In this document: positions 23,498-32,821 of the stretch, one piece after another | Layout of the letters: each line of letters begins with the position of its first letter | How positions within the stretch are numbered: position 1 is the first letter of the stretch | Assembly (NCBI GenBank): GCA_050248795.1 | Contig: JBFWRS010000003.1 | Location: 6,500 to 70,499 of the forward strand | Origin: Burkholderiales bacterium | GTDB taxonomy: Bacteria > Pseudomonadota > Gammaproteobacteria > Burkholderiales > SG8-39 | Reading direction: 5' to 3' | DNA length: 64,000 nt | Notes under the pieces: model-generated | Databases searched by the model: none | Seen by the model: only the letters and a program-made list of their open reading frames with translations | Told to the model about the DNA's origin: nothing | Translations under genes and position numbers: made by a program

Positions 23498-24841
23498 CTA
23501 GATGCCGTAGGCCTTGCGCACCAGCTCTATCGGGTGGTGCTTCTTCGCCGCAGGGCTTTCATCGCCCATGCCCTGGCGGATGTGGCGCCCGGCGATCGGG
23601 CAATCGGAACTAATGTAGTCCGGCGGGTCGTTCTGCGCGCCGGCCATCGCCTTGAACACCGGGCGGCCGATCTTCATCGAGTTGTCGAAGTACTCGGCCT
23701 TCACGCCCCAGGTGCCGTCATGCCCGGCGCAGCGCTCCACGGTGTTCACCTTGGTGCCGGGGATGAGCTGCAGCATCTCGCGCGTCTTCTGGCCGACGTT
23801 CTGCACGCGCGAATGGCAGGGGATATGGTACGAAACCTTGCCGAGGGTTGACCGGAAATCGGTTTTCAGCAGGCCGTCGCGGTTCCTGAGGACCAGGTAC
23901 TCGAAGGGGTCGAACATCGCCTCCTTGACCGCCTGCACGTCGGGCTCGTCCGGGAACATCAGCGGCAGTTCCTGCTTGAACATCAGCGTGCACGACGGGA
24001 TCGGCGTCAGGATCGCGTAACCGTCCTTCGCCAGCTTTGCCAGTGGCGGGATGTTCACGTCCTTCAGCTTCACCACCGTGTCGAGGTCGCCGAGCTCCAG
24101 CTTCGGCATGCCGCAGCAGGCTTCCTTCTCGACCAGCACGTAGGGGATCTCGTTGTGCTCCAGGATCGCCAGCAGGTCGTGGCCGATGCCGGGCTCGTTG
24201 TAGTTCACGTAGCAGGTGGAGAAGATCGCCACCTTGCCCGGGGTGTTCTTGCCGTCCTTCACCGCAGATGCCTTCGCGGTGGCCGCATTCGGGCGGAACC
24301 TGCTGGACGCGTAGTCGGGAAGCTGTCTGTCCTTGTGCACGCCGAGCACGCCCTGCATCAGCGCGCGCGCGGGGCCGATCTTGTTCACCGCGTTCACCGT
24401 CTGCGCGACCACCGGAATCGCGGCGAGCTTGCCCATCGCATCGGTCGAGGACAGCAGCTTGTCGCGGAAAGGCGCGCCCTGCTTGCGGAACTTGACCGCC
24501 TTGGCGCGCAGCATCAGGTGCGGGAAATCCACGTTCCACTGGTGCGGCGGCACGTAGGGGCACTTGGTCATGTAGCACATGTCGCAGAGATAACACTGGT
24601 CGACCACCTTCCAGTAGTCGGCCTTGGCGACGCCGTCGACTTCCAGCGTGCTCGAGTTGTCCACCAGGTCGAACAGCGTCGGGAACGAGGTGCACAGGTT
24701 CACGCAGCGCCGGCAGCCGTGGCAGATGTCGAAGACGCGCTCGAGTTCCTTGTCGAGCTTGTCCTGGTCGAAGAACTCGGGATTCTTCCAGTCCAGCGGG
24801 TGGCGGGTGGGGGCTTCGAGACTGCCTTCGCGCGTGCTCAT
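23498..24841 (-). CDS. (Fe-S)-binding oxidoreductase, GlpC/HdrD-like with CCG domains
   Basis: Two ferredoxin-type motifs (CHGCRRCVNLC, CYLCDMCYMTKCP) and C-terminal Cys-rich CCG-type repeats (CCGMP, CAGHDG). Confidence 0.75.
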   Translation of the reverse strand: MSTREGSLEAPTRHPLDWKNPEFFDQDKLDKELERVFDICHGCRRCVNLCTSFPTLFDLVDNSSTLEVDGVAKADYWKVVDQCYLCDMCYMTKCPYVPPHQWNVDFPHLMLRAKAVKFRKQGAPFRDKLLSSTDAMGKLAAIPVVAQTVNAVNKIGPARALMQGVLGVHKDRQLPDYASSRFRPNAATAKASAVKDGKNTPGKVAIFSTCYVNYNEPGIGHDLLAILEHNEIPYVLVEKEACCGMPKLELGDLDTVVKLKDVNIPPLAKLAKDGYAILTPIPSCTLMFKQELPLMFPDEPDVQAVKEAMFDPFEYLVLRNRDGLLKTDFRSTLGKVSYHIPCHSRVQNVGQKTREMLQLIPGTKVNTVERCAGHDGTWGVKAEYFDNSMKIGRPVFKAMAGAQNDPPDYISSDCPIAGRHIRQGMGDESPAAKKHHPIELVRKAYGI

Positions 24842-24908
24842 GCTGAAAGCCTATGGCTGCGCGCCCGATAGCGCAAATGGAAAATCGCAATTCCGGCGAT
24901 TGCCGCGA

Positions 24909-27593
24909 TCAATTGAGCTGGCGCACCACCACCGCAGCGTCGCCGTCGTGGCCCTGCGCAACGAAGCCCAGGTGCGCAGCCAGGTCGAGCATGCCGCGGT
25001 TCTCCGCCAGCACGTAGCCGGTCAGCGAGCGGTAGCCCGCGTCGCGGGCACTGGTGCAAAGGCGCGAGAGCAGCGCGCCGCCGATCCCCTTCGCCTGCCA
25101 GTCGTCGGCGACCGCGAGGGCGAACTCCGCCGTCGCGCCGTCCGCGTTCGGCGCGTAGCGGCCGACGCCGAGGAATTCCCCGCTCGCCGGGTGCACCGCC
25201 ACCAGCGCGAGCTCGCGGTCGTAGTCCAGTTGCGTGAAGCGTTCCAGCATCGCCGGGGAAAGCCGAGGCAGGTAATGCAGGAAGCGCAGGTAGCGCGAGC
25301 GCTCCGACAGCCCGGCGACGAAGCGCTGCTCGCGCGCGGCGTCCTCGGGACGCATCGGGCGCAGCTGCACCTGCATGCCGTCGCGCAGTGCGATCGTTTC
25401 CTCCAGCTCGGCAGGGTAGGGATGGATCGCCATGTGCGCGTAACGCGCCACGCGCTCGGGTCCGGCGAGGTCTATCGTCGCGCGCGCATCCGCTGCGATC
25501 ACGCCCTGAGGGTGCGCGAGCACCGGGTTCAGGTCCATCTCGCGCAGCCAGGGCAGCGCGCAGACCATGCGCGACACCGCGACCAGCAGCCCGGCCAGCG
25601 CGGCTAGGTCGGCCGCGGGCACGTCGCGGTAGCCGCGCAGCAGGCGGTGCACCCGCGTGCGCTGCATCAGTTCGTTCGCCAGCATCGCGTTCAGCGGCGG
25701 CAGCGCCACCGCGGTGTCGCGCACCGCCTCGACCGACACGCCGCCGGCGCCGAACGAGATCACCGGGCCGAACACCGGATCGGTGGTGACGCCCACCAGC
25801 ACCTCGCGCGCGTGCGCGTAGCGCAGCATCGGCTGGATCACCACGCCGTCGATCTTCGCCTGCGGCCGCAGCGCGCGCGTGTGCGCGAGCATGTCGTCGA
25901 AGGCGCTGGCGACCATCTGCGCGTTCTGCAGGTTGAGGCGCACCCCGCCCACGTCCGACTTGTGGCTGATGTCCGGCGAGCGGATCTTCATCGCCACCGG
26001 GAATCCGGTGCGCTCCGCCGCCTGCACCGCGGCGTCGCGCGTGGCGGCGAGGAGCGAGCCCGGCACCGCAACGCCGAACGCGGCGAGCAGCGCCTTGGTT
26101 TCGTCTTCGGCAAGTTGCGTGCGGCCTTCGGCCTGCGCGCGGCGCCGTATCGCCAGCGCCGCGGCCATGTCCGGCGGCGCCGGCGCAGCGCCGTCGACGG
26201 CGAGCGCGGGCGGCACTTCCAGCAGTTGCGCCTGGTTGCGCCGGTGCGCCGCGATGAAGGACAGCGCCTCTACCGCGTTCTCCGGCGTGTAAAAATCCGC
26301 CACCTGCGCGGCTTCGAGGATGTCGCGGCTGTCGTTCGCGCGCAGGTCCCCCAGCCACGCGGCGAGCACCGGCTTTTCCTGCGCGCGAGCGACATCGGCG
26401 ACCGCCTGGGCCGCGGATTCGGGCGCGGTCACCGCCACCGGGCAGTACATCACCAGCGCGGTGTCGACGCCGGGATCCTTCAGCACCAGCGCGAGCGCCT
26501 CGGCGTAGCGCGCCGCGGGTGCGTCGCCGAGGATGTCCACCGGGTTCGCGCGCGACCACTGCGCGGGCAGCACGCGGTCGAGCTGCGCGATCGTCTCTGC
26601 GGACAGTTCCGCCAGCGGCACGCTGTTCTGCGCCGCGCTGTCCGCCGCCATCACCCCCGGGCCGCCGCCGTTGGTCAGGATCGCCAGCCGGTCGCCGCGC
26701 GAGCGACGTGGCGCCGCCAGTACGCGCGCCGCGGCGAACAGCTGCGTGTAGGTCTTCACGCGCACCGCGCCGCCGCGCACGAAAGCCGCGTCGAACACCT
26801 CGTCGTTGCCGACCAGCGCCGCGGTGTGGCTGGACACCGCGCGCGTGCCGGCGGCGTAGCGGCCCACCTTCAGCACGATCAGCGGCTTGGTGCGCGCCGC
26901 GGCGCGCAGTGCCGACATGAAGCGGCGCGCATCGCGTATGCCTTCAATGTACATCAGCACCGCGTCGGTTTCGGCGTCGGCGGCGAGGAAGTCCAGCAGT
27001 TCGCCGAAGTCCACGTCGGCGGCGGCACCCAGCGAGACGATGCTGCTGAAGCCCAGGCCCGCGCCCTTCGCCCAGTCGATGATGGCGGTGCAGATCGCGC
27101 CCGACTGCGACACCAGCGCGAGGCGGCCGGCGCGCGCCGGCGAGCGCGCGAAGGTGGCGTTCAGCCCGATCGAGGGACGCATCAGGCCGAGGCAGTTCGG
27201 TCCCAGCAGCCGCAGGCCGTGCTTCTTCGCCTGCGCGAGCGTGTCGGCCAGCAGCGCCCTGCCGGTTTCTCCGGCTTCGCCGAAGCCGCTGGTCAGCACC
27301 ACCGCGGCGCGCGTGCCGGCGGCGCCCGCCTGCGCGATGATGCGCGGCACGGTGGCGGCGGGCGTCACCACCACCACCAGCTCCGGCACTTCCGGCAGCC
27401 GCGCGATGCCCGCATGGCACTTCTCGCCGAGTACCTTGGCGTGCTTCGGGTTTACCGCATACACCTTGCCCTGCAAGCCGCCCTGCAGCAGGTTCTCGAA
27501 CACAATGCGCCCGAGCGAACCCGGACGCTCGGATGCGCCGATGAGCGCAACGCTGCGCGGGGCGAGGAGCGGACTCAGGTAATGGGCCGGCAT
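24909..27593 (-). CDS. Pat-type protein acetyltransferase (ADP-forming acyl-CoA synthetase-like domains fused to C-terminal GNAT)
   Basis: N-terminal CoA-binding SVALIGASERPGSLG, succinyl-CoA-ligase/ATP-grasp-like middle and C-terminal GNAT (RYLRF...DDWQAKGIGGAL). Start ambiguous: 27593, 27602, 27614 or 27632. Confidence 0.8.
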   Translation of the reverse strand: MPAHYLSPLLAPRSVALIGASERPGSLGRIVFENLLQGGLQGKVYAVNPKHAKVLGEKCHAGIARLPEVPELVVVVTPAATVPRIIAQAGAAGTRAAVVLTSGFGEAGETGRALLADTLAQAKKHGLRLLGPNCLGLMRPSIGLNATFARSPARAGRLALVSQSGAICTAIIDWAKGAGLGFSSIVSLGAAADVDFGELLDFLAADAETDAVLMYIEGIRDARRFMSALRAAARTKPLIVLKVGRYAAGTRAVSSHTAALVGNDEVFDAAFVRGGAVRVKTYTQLFAAARVLAAPRRSRGDRLAILTNGGGPGVMAADSAAQNSVPLAELSAETIAQLDRVLPAQWSRANPVDILGDAPAARYAEALALVLKDPGVDTALVMYCPVAVTAPESAAQAVADVARAQEKPVLAAWLGDLRANDSRDILEAAQVADFYTPENAVEALSFIAAHRRNQAQLLEVPPALAVDGAAPAPPDMAAALAIRRRAQAEGRTQLAEDETKALLAAFGVAVPGSLLAATRDAAVQAAERTGFPVAMKIRSPDISHKSDVGGVRLNLQNAQMVASAFDDMLAHTRALRPQAKIDGVVIQPMLRYAHAREVLVGVTTDPVFGPVISFGAGGVSVEAVRDTAVALPPLNAMLANELMQRTRVHRLLRGYRDVPAADLAALAGLLVAVSRMVCALPWLREMDLNPVLAHPQGVIAADARATIDLAGPERVARYAHMAIHPYPAELEETIALRDGMQVQLRPMRPEDAAREQRFVAGLSERSRYLRFLHYLPRLSPAMLERFTQLDYDRELALVAVHPASGEFLGVGRYAPNADGATAEFALAVADDWQAKGIGGALLSRLCTSARDAGYRSLTGYVLAENRGMLDLAAHLGFVAQGHDGDAAVVVRQLN

Positions 27594-27705
27594 CGGAAGC
27601 ATTCTGTAACACATTCGCGCTGAACTTCGCACCCCCGCCGAGAACTAATGTCTGGAATACAAGCAAACAACATCCAGTCCACATTCAATCATCGAGGAGT
27701 TACAC

Positions 27706-28083
27706 ATGAAAGTCATTCGCACCGCTGCAGTCGCGCTGTTCGCCGGTTCGGCACTGGTCCTGGGCGGCGTCGCCGTCGCCAAGGGTTCGAAAGGCGAAGG
27801 CTGCGTTGAGCGCCAGTCGTCGATGCAGGGCGAGGGCCATGGCCGTCACGCGCAAGGCGAGAAGCACGAGCACGGCCGCCACGCCGAAGGCGAGCGGCAC
27901 CAGCACGGCAGCCACGCACAAGGCGAAGCGGGCCGGGGTCATGGCCACGGCAATCACGAGCGCATGGGCCGCATGGGCGGCAACCACCAGCACATGGCGG
28001 CGATGCACGCGCGCATGGCGGCCATGCACGCCGCCCCGGCTGCCGAAGAAGCGCCGGCCGCCGCCGAGCCGCAGAAGCAGTAG
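27706..28083 (+). CDS. secreted His/Met-rich repeat protein (putative periplasmic metal binder)
   Basis: Signal peptide MKVIRTAAVALFAGSALVLGGVAVA. Mature part is dominated by H, G, E, M and A (HGRHAQGEKHEHGRHAEGERHQHGSHAQGE...HQHMAAMHARMAAMHA). AGGAG 7 nt before the ATG and its own terminator. Confidence 0.7.
   Translation: MKVIRTAAVALFAGSALVLGGVAVAKGSKGEGCVERQSSMQGEGHGRHAQGEKHEHGRHAEGERHQHGSHAQGEAGRGHGHGNHERMGRMGGNHQHMAAMHARMAAMHAAPAAEEAPAAAEPQKQ
27838..27936 (+). repeat. three imperfect 33-bp tandem repeats inside the His-rich gene
   Basis: catggccgtcacgcgcaaggcgagaagcacgag / cacggccgccacgccgaaggcgagcggcaccag / cacggcagccacgcacaaggcgaagcgggccgg, encoding 11-aa H-G-x-H-A-x-G-E units. Confidence 0.75.
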
Positions 28084-28101
28084 TACCGATCCACGCCGGA
28101 C

Positions 28102-28125
28102 CCGGGCCGCGACGCGGCCCGGTTT
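28102..28125 (+). terminator. stem-loop terminator after the His-rich gene
   Basis: CCGGGCCGC-GAC-GCGGCCCGG perfect 9-bp stem followed by TTT. The short T tract merges into the FNR box. Confidence 0.5.
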
Positions 28126-28137
28126 GATCCCGGTCAA
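28124..28137. promoter_or_regulatory. FNR/Anr box (ccoI promoter)
   Basis: TTGATcccgGTCAA, 33 bp from the ccoI ATG. TAGCAT hexamer begins 21 bp after the box. Confidence 0.7.
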
Positions 28138-28170
28138 GCCTGCATCGGCGAATGCGGCTAGCATCCGCCG

Positions 28171-30657
28171 ATGAATCCCGTCTCCCGGCCCGCCTGTTTT
28201 CACTGCGGGCTGCCCGTATTGCCGCCCTCGGCCGAGCGCGCCGTGGTGCTGGGCGCGGCGCGCGAATTCTGCTGCAGCGGCTGCGCCGCGGTGGCGCAGG
28301 CGATCGTCGCCGGCGGTTTCGAGCGCTATTACGAAACGCGCGAGTTGCCGCAGCCGGGCGCAGAGCCCGGCCCGCTTCCCGCCGGCCTGCCGCCTGCCTC
28401 CACCTACGATGACCCGGCCGCGCAACGCCAGTTCGTGCTGCCGCGTGGCGAGCACGAGCGCGAAGCCACGCTGATCCTTGACCGGCTGCACTGCACCGCC
28501 TGCGTGTGGCTGACCGAATCCTGGCTGCGCCGGCAGCCGGGCATCCTGCGCGCGGACGTAAACGCCGGCACGCGCCGCGCGGTGGTGGCCTGGGATGCAC
28601 GAGAAACCCGTCTGGGCGCGATCATCGAGGCGATCCGCGCCATCGGCTACGAAGCCTGGCCCTGGGATCCGGCACGCCAGGACGCGGTCGAGCGCGGCGA
28701 ACGCAGGCGCGCGTTGTGGCGCCTGTTCGTCGCCGGGTTCGGCGCCATGCAGGTGATGATGTACGCGTTTCCCGCATACATCGACGGCGGCGAGACCATG
28801 TCCGCCGACGCAGAAAGCCTGATGCGCTGGGCGAGCCTGATCCTGACGCTGCCGGTGCTGCTGATCTCCTGCCAGCCGTTCTTCGCATCCGCTTGGCGCG
28901 AGCTGCGCCTTCGCCGCGTCGGCCTGGACACGCCGATTTCGCTCGGCATCGTCGGCGGCTTCGCCGCCAGTGCCTGGGCGACCGTCAGCGGCGCGGGCGA
29001 GGTGTACTTCGATTCGATCGCCATGCTGGTGTTCCTGCTGCTCGCCGCGCGCTGGGCCGAGCTTGCCGCGCGCGGCCGCGCCGGGCGCGAGCTCGATCGC
29101 GTGCTGCGCTGGATGCCCGAGGTGGCGCTGCGCCTGCGCGACCCGGCGGATGCGGCAAGCGTCGAGCGCGTTGGCGCGCACGAACTCGCCGCCGGCGAGC
29201 ACGTGCTGGTGCCCGCGGGCGAGCGCGTGCCTGCCGACGGCGTGGTGGTGCACGGCGCATCGGGCGTCGACGAGTCGCTGCTCACCGGTGAAGCACGCGC
29301 GGTGGCCAAGTCCGCGGGCTCGGCGCTGGCCGCAGGCGCGGTGAACCTGGAGCAGCCGCTGGTGATGCGCGTCACGCACGCCGGCGCCGACACCGGCGCC
29401 GCCGCCATCGGCCGCCTGGTCGAACGCGCCGCGGCTACGCGCCCGCAACTGGTTTCCGCTGCCGACCGCATCGCCGGCACCCTGACCGCGGTGGTGCTGG
29501 GCGCCGCCGCGCTTGCGTTCATAGTCTGGCTGCAACTGGAACCCGGGCGCGCGGCATGGATCGCGGTCGCGGTGCTGGTGGCGACCTGTCCGTGCGCGCT
29601 GGCGCTGGCGGCACCGATCGCGCTGACCGCGGCAAGCTCGCGGCTGCTGGCGCGCGGCATCGTGCAGACCCGCGGCCGCGCCATCGAGGCGCTGGCGCGC
29701 GCGACCGACGTGGTCTTCGACAAGACCGGCACGCTCACGCAAGGCCAGCTCTCGCTCGCCGCGACCACCACGCACGCGCAGCGCAGCGTAGCCGAGTGCC
29801 TTGCCATCGCGCAGGCGCTGGAAGCGGGCAGCCGCCACCCGGCGGCGCGCGCGTTCCTGCAGGCGCCGGCGCAGCCGCTGCCCGCGGTATCGGACCTGTT
29901 GCAGGTGCCCGGCCGTGGTGTCGAGGCGCGCGTCGCGGGCGAGCGCATGCGCATCGGCAGCGCTTCGTTCTGCGCCGAACTCGCAGGCAGCGCCGTGCCG
30001 CCGACCGACGCTTCGGTGCACCTGGCGGGCGAGCCCGGCTGGCTCGCCTCGTTCAGGCTGGAAGACGCGACGCGTACCGAGGCGCAGTCGCTGCTCGCCA
30101 CGCTACGCGGCGCGGGGCTGCGCATCCATCTCGCCAGCGGCGACCGCACGCAAGCGGTGCGCGCGCTTGCCGCGGAACTGGGCATCGAAGACTGGCGCGC
30201 CGAATGCACGCCGGCAGACAAGCTCGCGCTGGTGGCGGCGCTGCAGCGCGAGGGCCGTACCGTGGTGATGGTGGGCGACGGCCTGAACGACGCGCCGGTG
30301 CTGGCTGGTGCCGATGCGTCGGTCGCGGTGGCGGGCGGCTCGGACGTGGCGCAGTTGACCGCGGATCTCGTGCTGCTCGGCGCGCGCGTCGGCGAACTCG
30401 CCGCCGCGCTTGCCATCGCGCGTCGCACCATGGCGATCATCCGGCAGAACTTCCTCTGGGCGCTGGGCTACAACCTCGTCGTGCTGCCGCTGGCGATGTG
30501 GGGCATCATCGGGCCCTGGGAGGCCGCCATCGGCATGGCGGCCAGTTCGGTCATCGTCGTCGTCAATGCGCTGCGGGTGTTCGAGCGCACGACATCCGGA
30601 AGCACATGGAAAGCCTCGCCATCCTCGTTCCCCTCTCCGTCGCGCTCGTATTCCTGA
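28171..30657 (+). CDS. ccoI: copper-translocating P1B-type ATPase CcoI/FixI
   Basis: N-terminal CFHCGLP, CPC in the TM helix (VATCPCALA), DKTGTLT and GDGLNDAP. Followed by ccoS. Confidence 0.9.
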   Translation: MNPVSRPACFHCGLPVLPPSAERAVVLGAAREFCCSGCAAVAQAIVAGGFERYYETRELPQPGAEPGPLPAGLPPASTYDDPAAQRQFVLPRGEHEREATLILDRLHCTACVWLTESWLRRQPGILRADVNAGTRRAVVAWDARETRLGAIIEAIRAIGYEAWPWDPARQDAVERGERRRALWRLFVAGFGAMQVMMYAFPAYIDGGETMSADAESLMRWASLILTLPVLLISCQPFFASAWRELRLRRVGLDTPISLGIVGGFAASAWATVSGAGEVYFDSIAMLVFLLLAARWAELAARGRAGRELDRVLRWMPEVALRLRDPADAASVERVGAHELAAGEHVLVPAGERVPADGVVVHGASGVDESLLTGEARAVAKSAGSALAAGAVNLEQPLVMRVTHAGADTGAAAIGRLVERAAATRPQLVSAADRIAGTLTAVVLGAAALAFIVWLQLEPGRAAWIAVAVLVATCPCALALAAPIALTAASSRLLARGIVQTRGRAIEALARATDVVFDKTGTLTQGQLSLAATTTHAQRSVAECLAIAQALEAGSRHPAARAFLQAPAQPLPAVSDLLQVPGRGVEARVAGERMRIGSASFCAELAGSAVPPTDASVHLAGEPGWLASFRLEDATRTEAQSLLATLRGAGLRIHLASGDRTQAVRALAAELGIEDWRAECTPADKLALVAALQREGRTVVMVGDGLNDAPVLAGADASVAVAGGSDVAQLTADLVLLGARVGELAAALAIARRTMAIIRQNFLWALGYNLVVLPLAMWGIIGPWEAAIGMAASSVIVVVNALRVFERTTSGSTWKASPSSFPSPSRSYS

Positions 30658-30794
30658 TCGGCGTGCTGTTCTGGCGCGCGCTGCACGGCGGCCAATTCGA
30701 GGACCTGGACAAGCCCGGCGTCGACGTGCTGATGGACGATGACACGCCGCCCAGGTCGAAGAGGCAGGGGCAGGGCCCCGAGCCGCGTAGCTAG
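30606..30794 (+). CDS. ccoS: cbb3 oxidase maturation protein CcoS/FixS
   Basis: 62 aa. MESLAILVPLSVALVFLIGVLFWRALHGGQFEDLD is typical of CcoS. Start lies 52 nt inside the ccoI 3' end in another frame. Confidence 0.8.
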   Translation: MESLAILVPLSVALVFLIGVLFWRALHGGQFEDLDKPGVDVLMDDDTPPRSKRQGQGPEPRS

Positions 30795-31189
30795 CCCATC
30801 GTCAGGGCTTTTTCGATCGCGATCTTGTACAGCACGCGCTGCTCGGTCGCGCTGCGGTTCGGGTATTTGTCCTGGCCGAGGTATTTCTTCGCCATCGCGT
30901 CGATGTGCGCGTCGGCGCCTTCCTGCGTGATCTCCCGCACGCGCCCGCGCACCTCGACGTAGCGGTAGGGATTGTCCGGGTCGATGACGGTGACTGCGAC
31001 GCGCGGGTCGCGCCGCACGTTCTTGTCCTTGCGGCGTCCCACCGCCGAATTCACCCAGAGCTCGCCGTCGTGGTAGTCGACCCACACCGGCGTGGTCTGC
31101 GGACTGCCGTCTGGCATCAGCGTGGTGAAGGCGCAGAAGGCCTTCTTCTGGAACAGGTCGAGGTACTTCTCCGGGAATGCAGCGGCCAT
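30791..31189 (-). CDS. pyridoxamine 5'-phosphate oxidase (PPOX)-family flavoprotein
   Basis: TTLMPDGSPQTTPVWVDY..LWVNSAVGRRKDKNVRRDPRVAVTVID...YVEVRG split-barrel pattern. Confidence 0.75.
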   Translation of the reverse strand: MAAAFPEKYLDLFQKKAFCAFTTLMPDGSPQTTPVWVDYHDGELWVNSAVGRRKDKNVRRDPRVAVTVIDPDNPYRYVEVRGRVREITQEGADAHIDAMAKKYLGQDKYPNRSATEQRVLYKIAIEKALTMG

Positions 31190-31278
31190 GTCGGTTTCCT
31201 TGAGTTTGAGGTTCGCATTCTACGTTGGGCGGGCATGCCGAGCGCGTTGCGAACCGGGATCAGGCCTTTGTTCCGGAT

Positions 31279-31292
31279 TTGATGCAGGTCAA
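31279..31292. promoter_or_regulatory. FNR/Anr box (ccoN promoter)
   Basis: TTGATgcagGTCAA inside the 22-bp palindrome GGATTTGA-TGCAGG-TCAAATCC. TAGCAT hexamer 21 bp downstream. 62 bp from the ccoN ATG. Confidence 0.8.
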
Positions 31293-31354
31293 ATCCGCCG
31301 CCCGGCGCTTGCCTAGCATTGCGGTGCGGCACGTACCGCGCACGGGGAAGGCAT

Positions 31355-32782
31355 ATGGCTGCCGAAACGGCATACAACTACAAGGTGGTCCGCCAGTTTG
31401 CGGTGATGACCGTAATCTGGGGCGTCGTCGGCATGCTGGTCGGCGTCATCATCGCGGCGCAACTGATCTGGCCGGACCTCAACTTCGGCCAGTCGTGGCT
31501 GTCGTACGGCAGGCTGCGGCCGCTGCACACCAATGCGGTGATCTTCGCCTTCGGCGGCTGCGCGCTGTTCGCCACCTCGTACTACGTCGTGCAGCGCACC
31601 GCGCATGCGCGGCTGTTCTCGGACGGGCTGGCCGCGTTCACGTTCTGGGGCTGGCAGGCGGTGATCGTGCTCGCCGCGATCACGCTGCCGCTGGGGATCA
31701 CCAGTTCGAAGGAATACGCCGAGCTCGAGTGGCCGATCGACATCCTGATCGCGCTGGTGTGGGTGTCCTACGCCATCGTGTTCTTCGGCACGCTGGCGAA
31801 GCGCAAGGTCGAGCACATCTACGTCGCCAACTGGTTCTTCGGCGCCTTCATCATCACGGTGGCGATCCTGCACATCGTCAACAGCGCGGCGATGCCGGTG
31901 ACCTTCTGGAAGTCCTACTCGGCCTACGCCGGCGCGCAGGACGCCATGGTGCAGTGGTGGTACGGGCACAACGCGGTGGGCTTCTTCCTCACCGCCGGGT
32001 TCCTCGGCATGATGTACTACTTCATCCCGAAGCAGGCCGGGCGGCCGGTATACTCGTACCGCCTGTCGGTGGTGCACTTCTGGGCGCTGATCTTCACCTA
32101 CATGTGGGCGGGGCCGCACCACCTGCACTACACCGCGCTGCCCGACTGGACGCAGTCGCTCGGCATGGTGTTCTCGCTGATCCTGCTCGCGCCCTCGTGG
32201 GGCGGCATGATCAACGGCATCATGACGCTGTCGGGGGCGTGGCACAAGCTGCGCACCGACCCGATCCTCAAGTTCCTCATCGTCTCGCTGTCGTTCTACG
32301 GCATGTCGACCTTCGAGGGGCCGATGATGTCGATCAAGACGGTGAACGCGCTGTCGCACTACACCGACTGGACCGTGGGCCACGTGCACAGCGGGGCGCT
32401 CGGCTGGGTCGGCCTGGTGTCGATGGGCTCGATCTACTACCTGCTGCCGCGGCTCTATGGCCGCAGCGAGATGTTCAGCGTGCCCGCGATCAACCTGCAC
32501 TTCTGGATCTCCACCATCGGCATCGTGCTGTACATCGCCGCGATGTGGATCGCCGGCGTCATGCAGGGGCTGATGTGGCGCGCGGTGGGCGAGGACGGCA
32601 CGCTCACCTACACCTTCGTCGAGAGCGTCAAGGCAACGTACCCGTTCTATGTCATCCGCCTGCTGGGCGGGCTCTTGTACCTGTCGGGCATGCTGCTGAT
32701 GACCTGGAACATGGTGAAGACCATCAACGCCGGCCGTGCCGCGGAGGCGCCGATCCCGGCACCCGTGGCCGCGCACGCCTGA
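31355..32782 (+). CDS. ccoN: cytochrome cbb3 oxidase subunit I
   Basis: [15 protein letters not shown] start after GGGGAAGG. 12-TM heme-copper oxidase sequence with HNAVGFF and WAGPHHL motifs. Confidence 0.95.
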   Translation: MAAETAYNYKVVRQFAVMTVIWGVVGMLVGVIIAAQLIWPDLNFGQSWLSYGRLRPLHTNAVIFAFGGCALFATSYYVVQRTAHARLFSDGLAAFTFWGWQAVIVLAAITLPLGITSSKEYAELEWPIDILIALVWVSYAIVFFGTLAKRKVEHIYVANWFFGAFIITVAILHIVNSAAMPVTFWKSYSAYAGAQDAMVQWWYGHNAVGFFLTAGFLGMMYYFIPKQAGRPVYSYRLSVVHFWALIFTYMWAGPHHLHYTALPDWTQSLGMVFSLILLAPSWGGMINGIMTLSGAWHKLRTDPILKFLIVSLSFYGMSTFEGPMMSIKTVNALSHYTDWTVGHVHSGALGWVGLVSMGSIYYLLPRLYGRSEMFSVPAINLHFWISTIGIVLYIAAMWIAGVMQGLMWRAVGEDGTLTYTFVESVKATYPFYVIRLLGGLLYLSGMLLMTWNMVKTINAGRAAEAPIPAPVAAHA

Positions 32783-32821
32783 GATCGCGCGCGTGCGATC
32801 GAAAACAGACGGAGAAAAATA

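Noticed and set aside
24889-24901. TTGCCGCGATCAA upstream of the Fe-S oxidoreductase gene as an FNR site
   Set aside because: It is only 13 nt long, so the half-site spacing is wrong, and the left half-site is TTGCC. It does not fit TTGAT-N4-ATCAA.
24838-26559. 573-aa alternative-frame minus-strand ORF inside the Pat gene
   Set aside because: It is on the same strand but out of frame with a 900-aa protein that has continuous recognisable domains. Its translation is Arg/Ala/Gly/Pro-rich. The same reasoning applies to the other long alternative-frame or antisense track ORFs: 1114-2367, 3095-4405, 4282-5838, 6803-8449, 11110-12183, 13588-15057, 16047-17399, 31313-33193, 43267-44622, 43995-45449, 46270-47526, 48710-50659, 52227-53804, 54594-56216 and 56138-57733.
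27700-30021. 773-aa minus-strand ORF
   Set aside because: It is antisense to ccoI, which carries DKTGT, CPC and GDGLNDAP, and to the His-rich gene. This is a high-GC shadow frame.
31190-31278. PPOX gene as a divergent target of the ccoN FNR box; likewise the GNAT gene from the 48428 box
   Set aside because: No nAnnAT hexamer lies at the fixed 21-bp distance on those sides (CCGGTT and GCCGAT instead). Co-regulation is possible but not supported by the sequence.
31319-31354. Track start (31319) for ccoN
   Set aside because: It has no RBS and lies upstream of the predicted TSS (about 31326). The ATG at 31355 follows GGGGAAGG and gives a typical CcoN N-terminus.
32326-32339. ATGATgtcgATCAA inside ccoN and TCGATgcgcATCAA inside the beta-CASP gene (40331-40344)
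   Set aside because: These are one-mismatch FNR-like sequences, but both are intragenic and break the TTGA core. Without a genome-wide background model they are best treated as chance matches.
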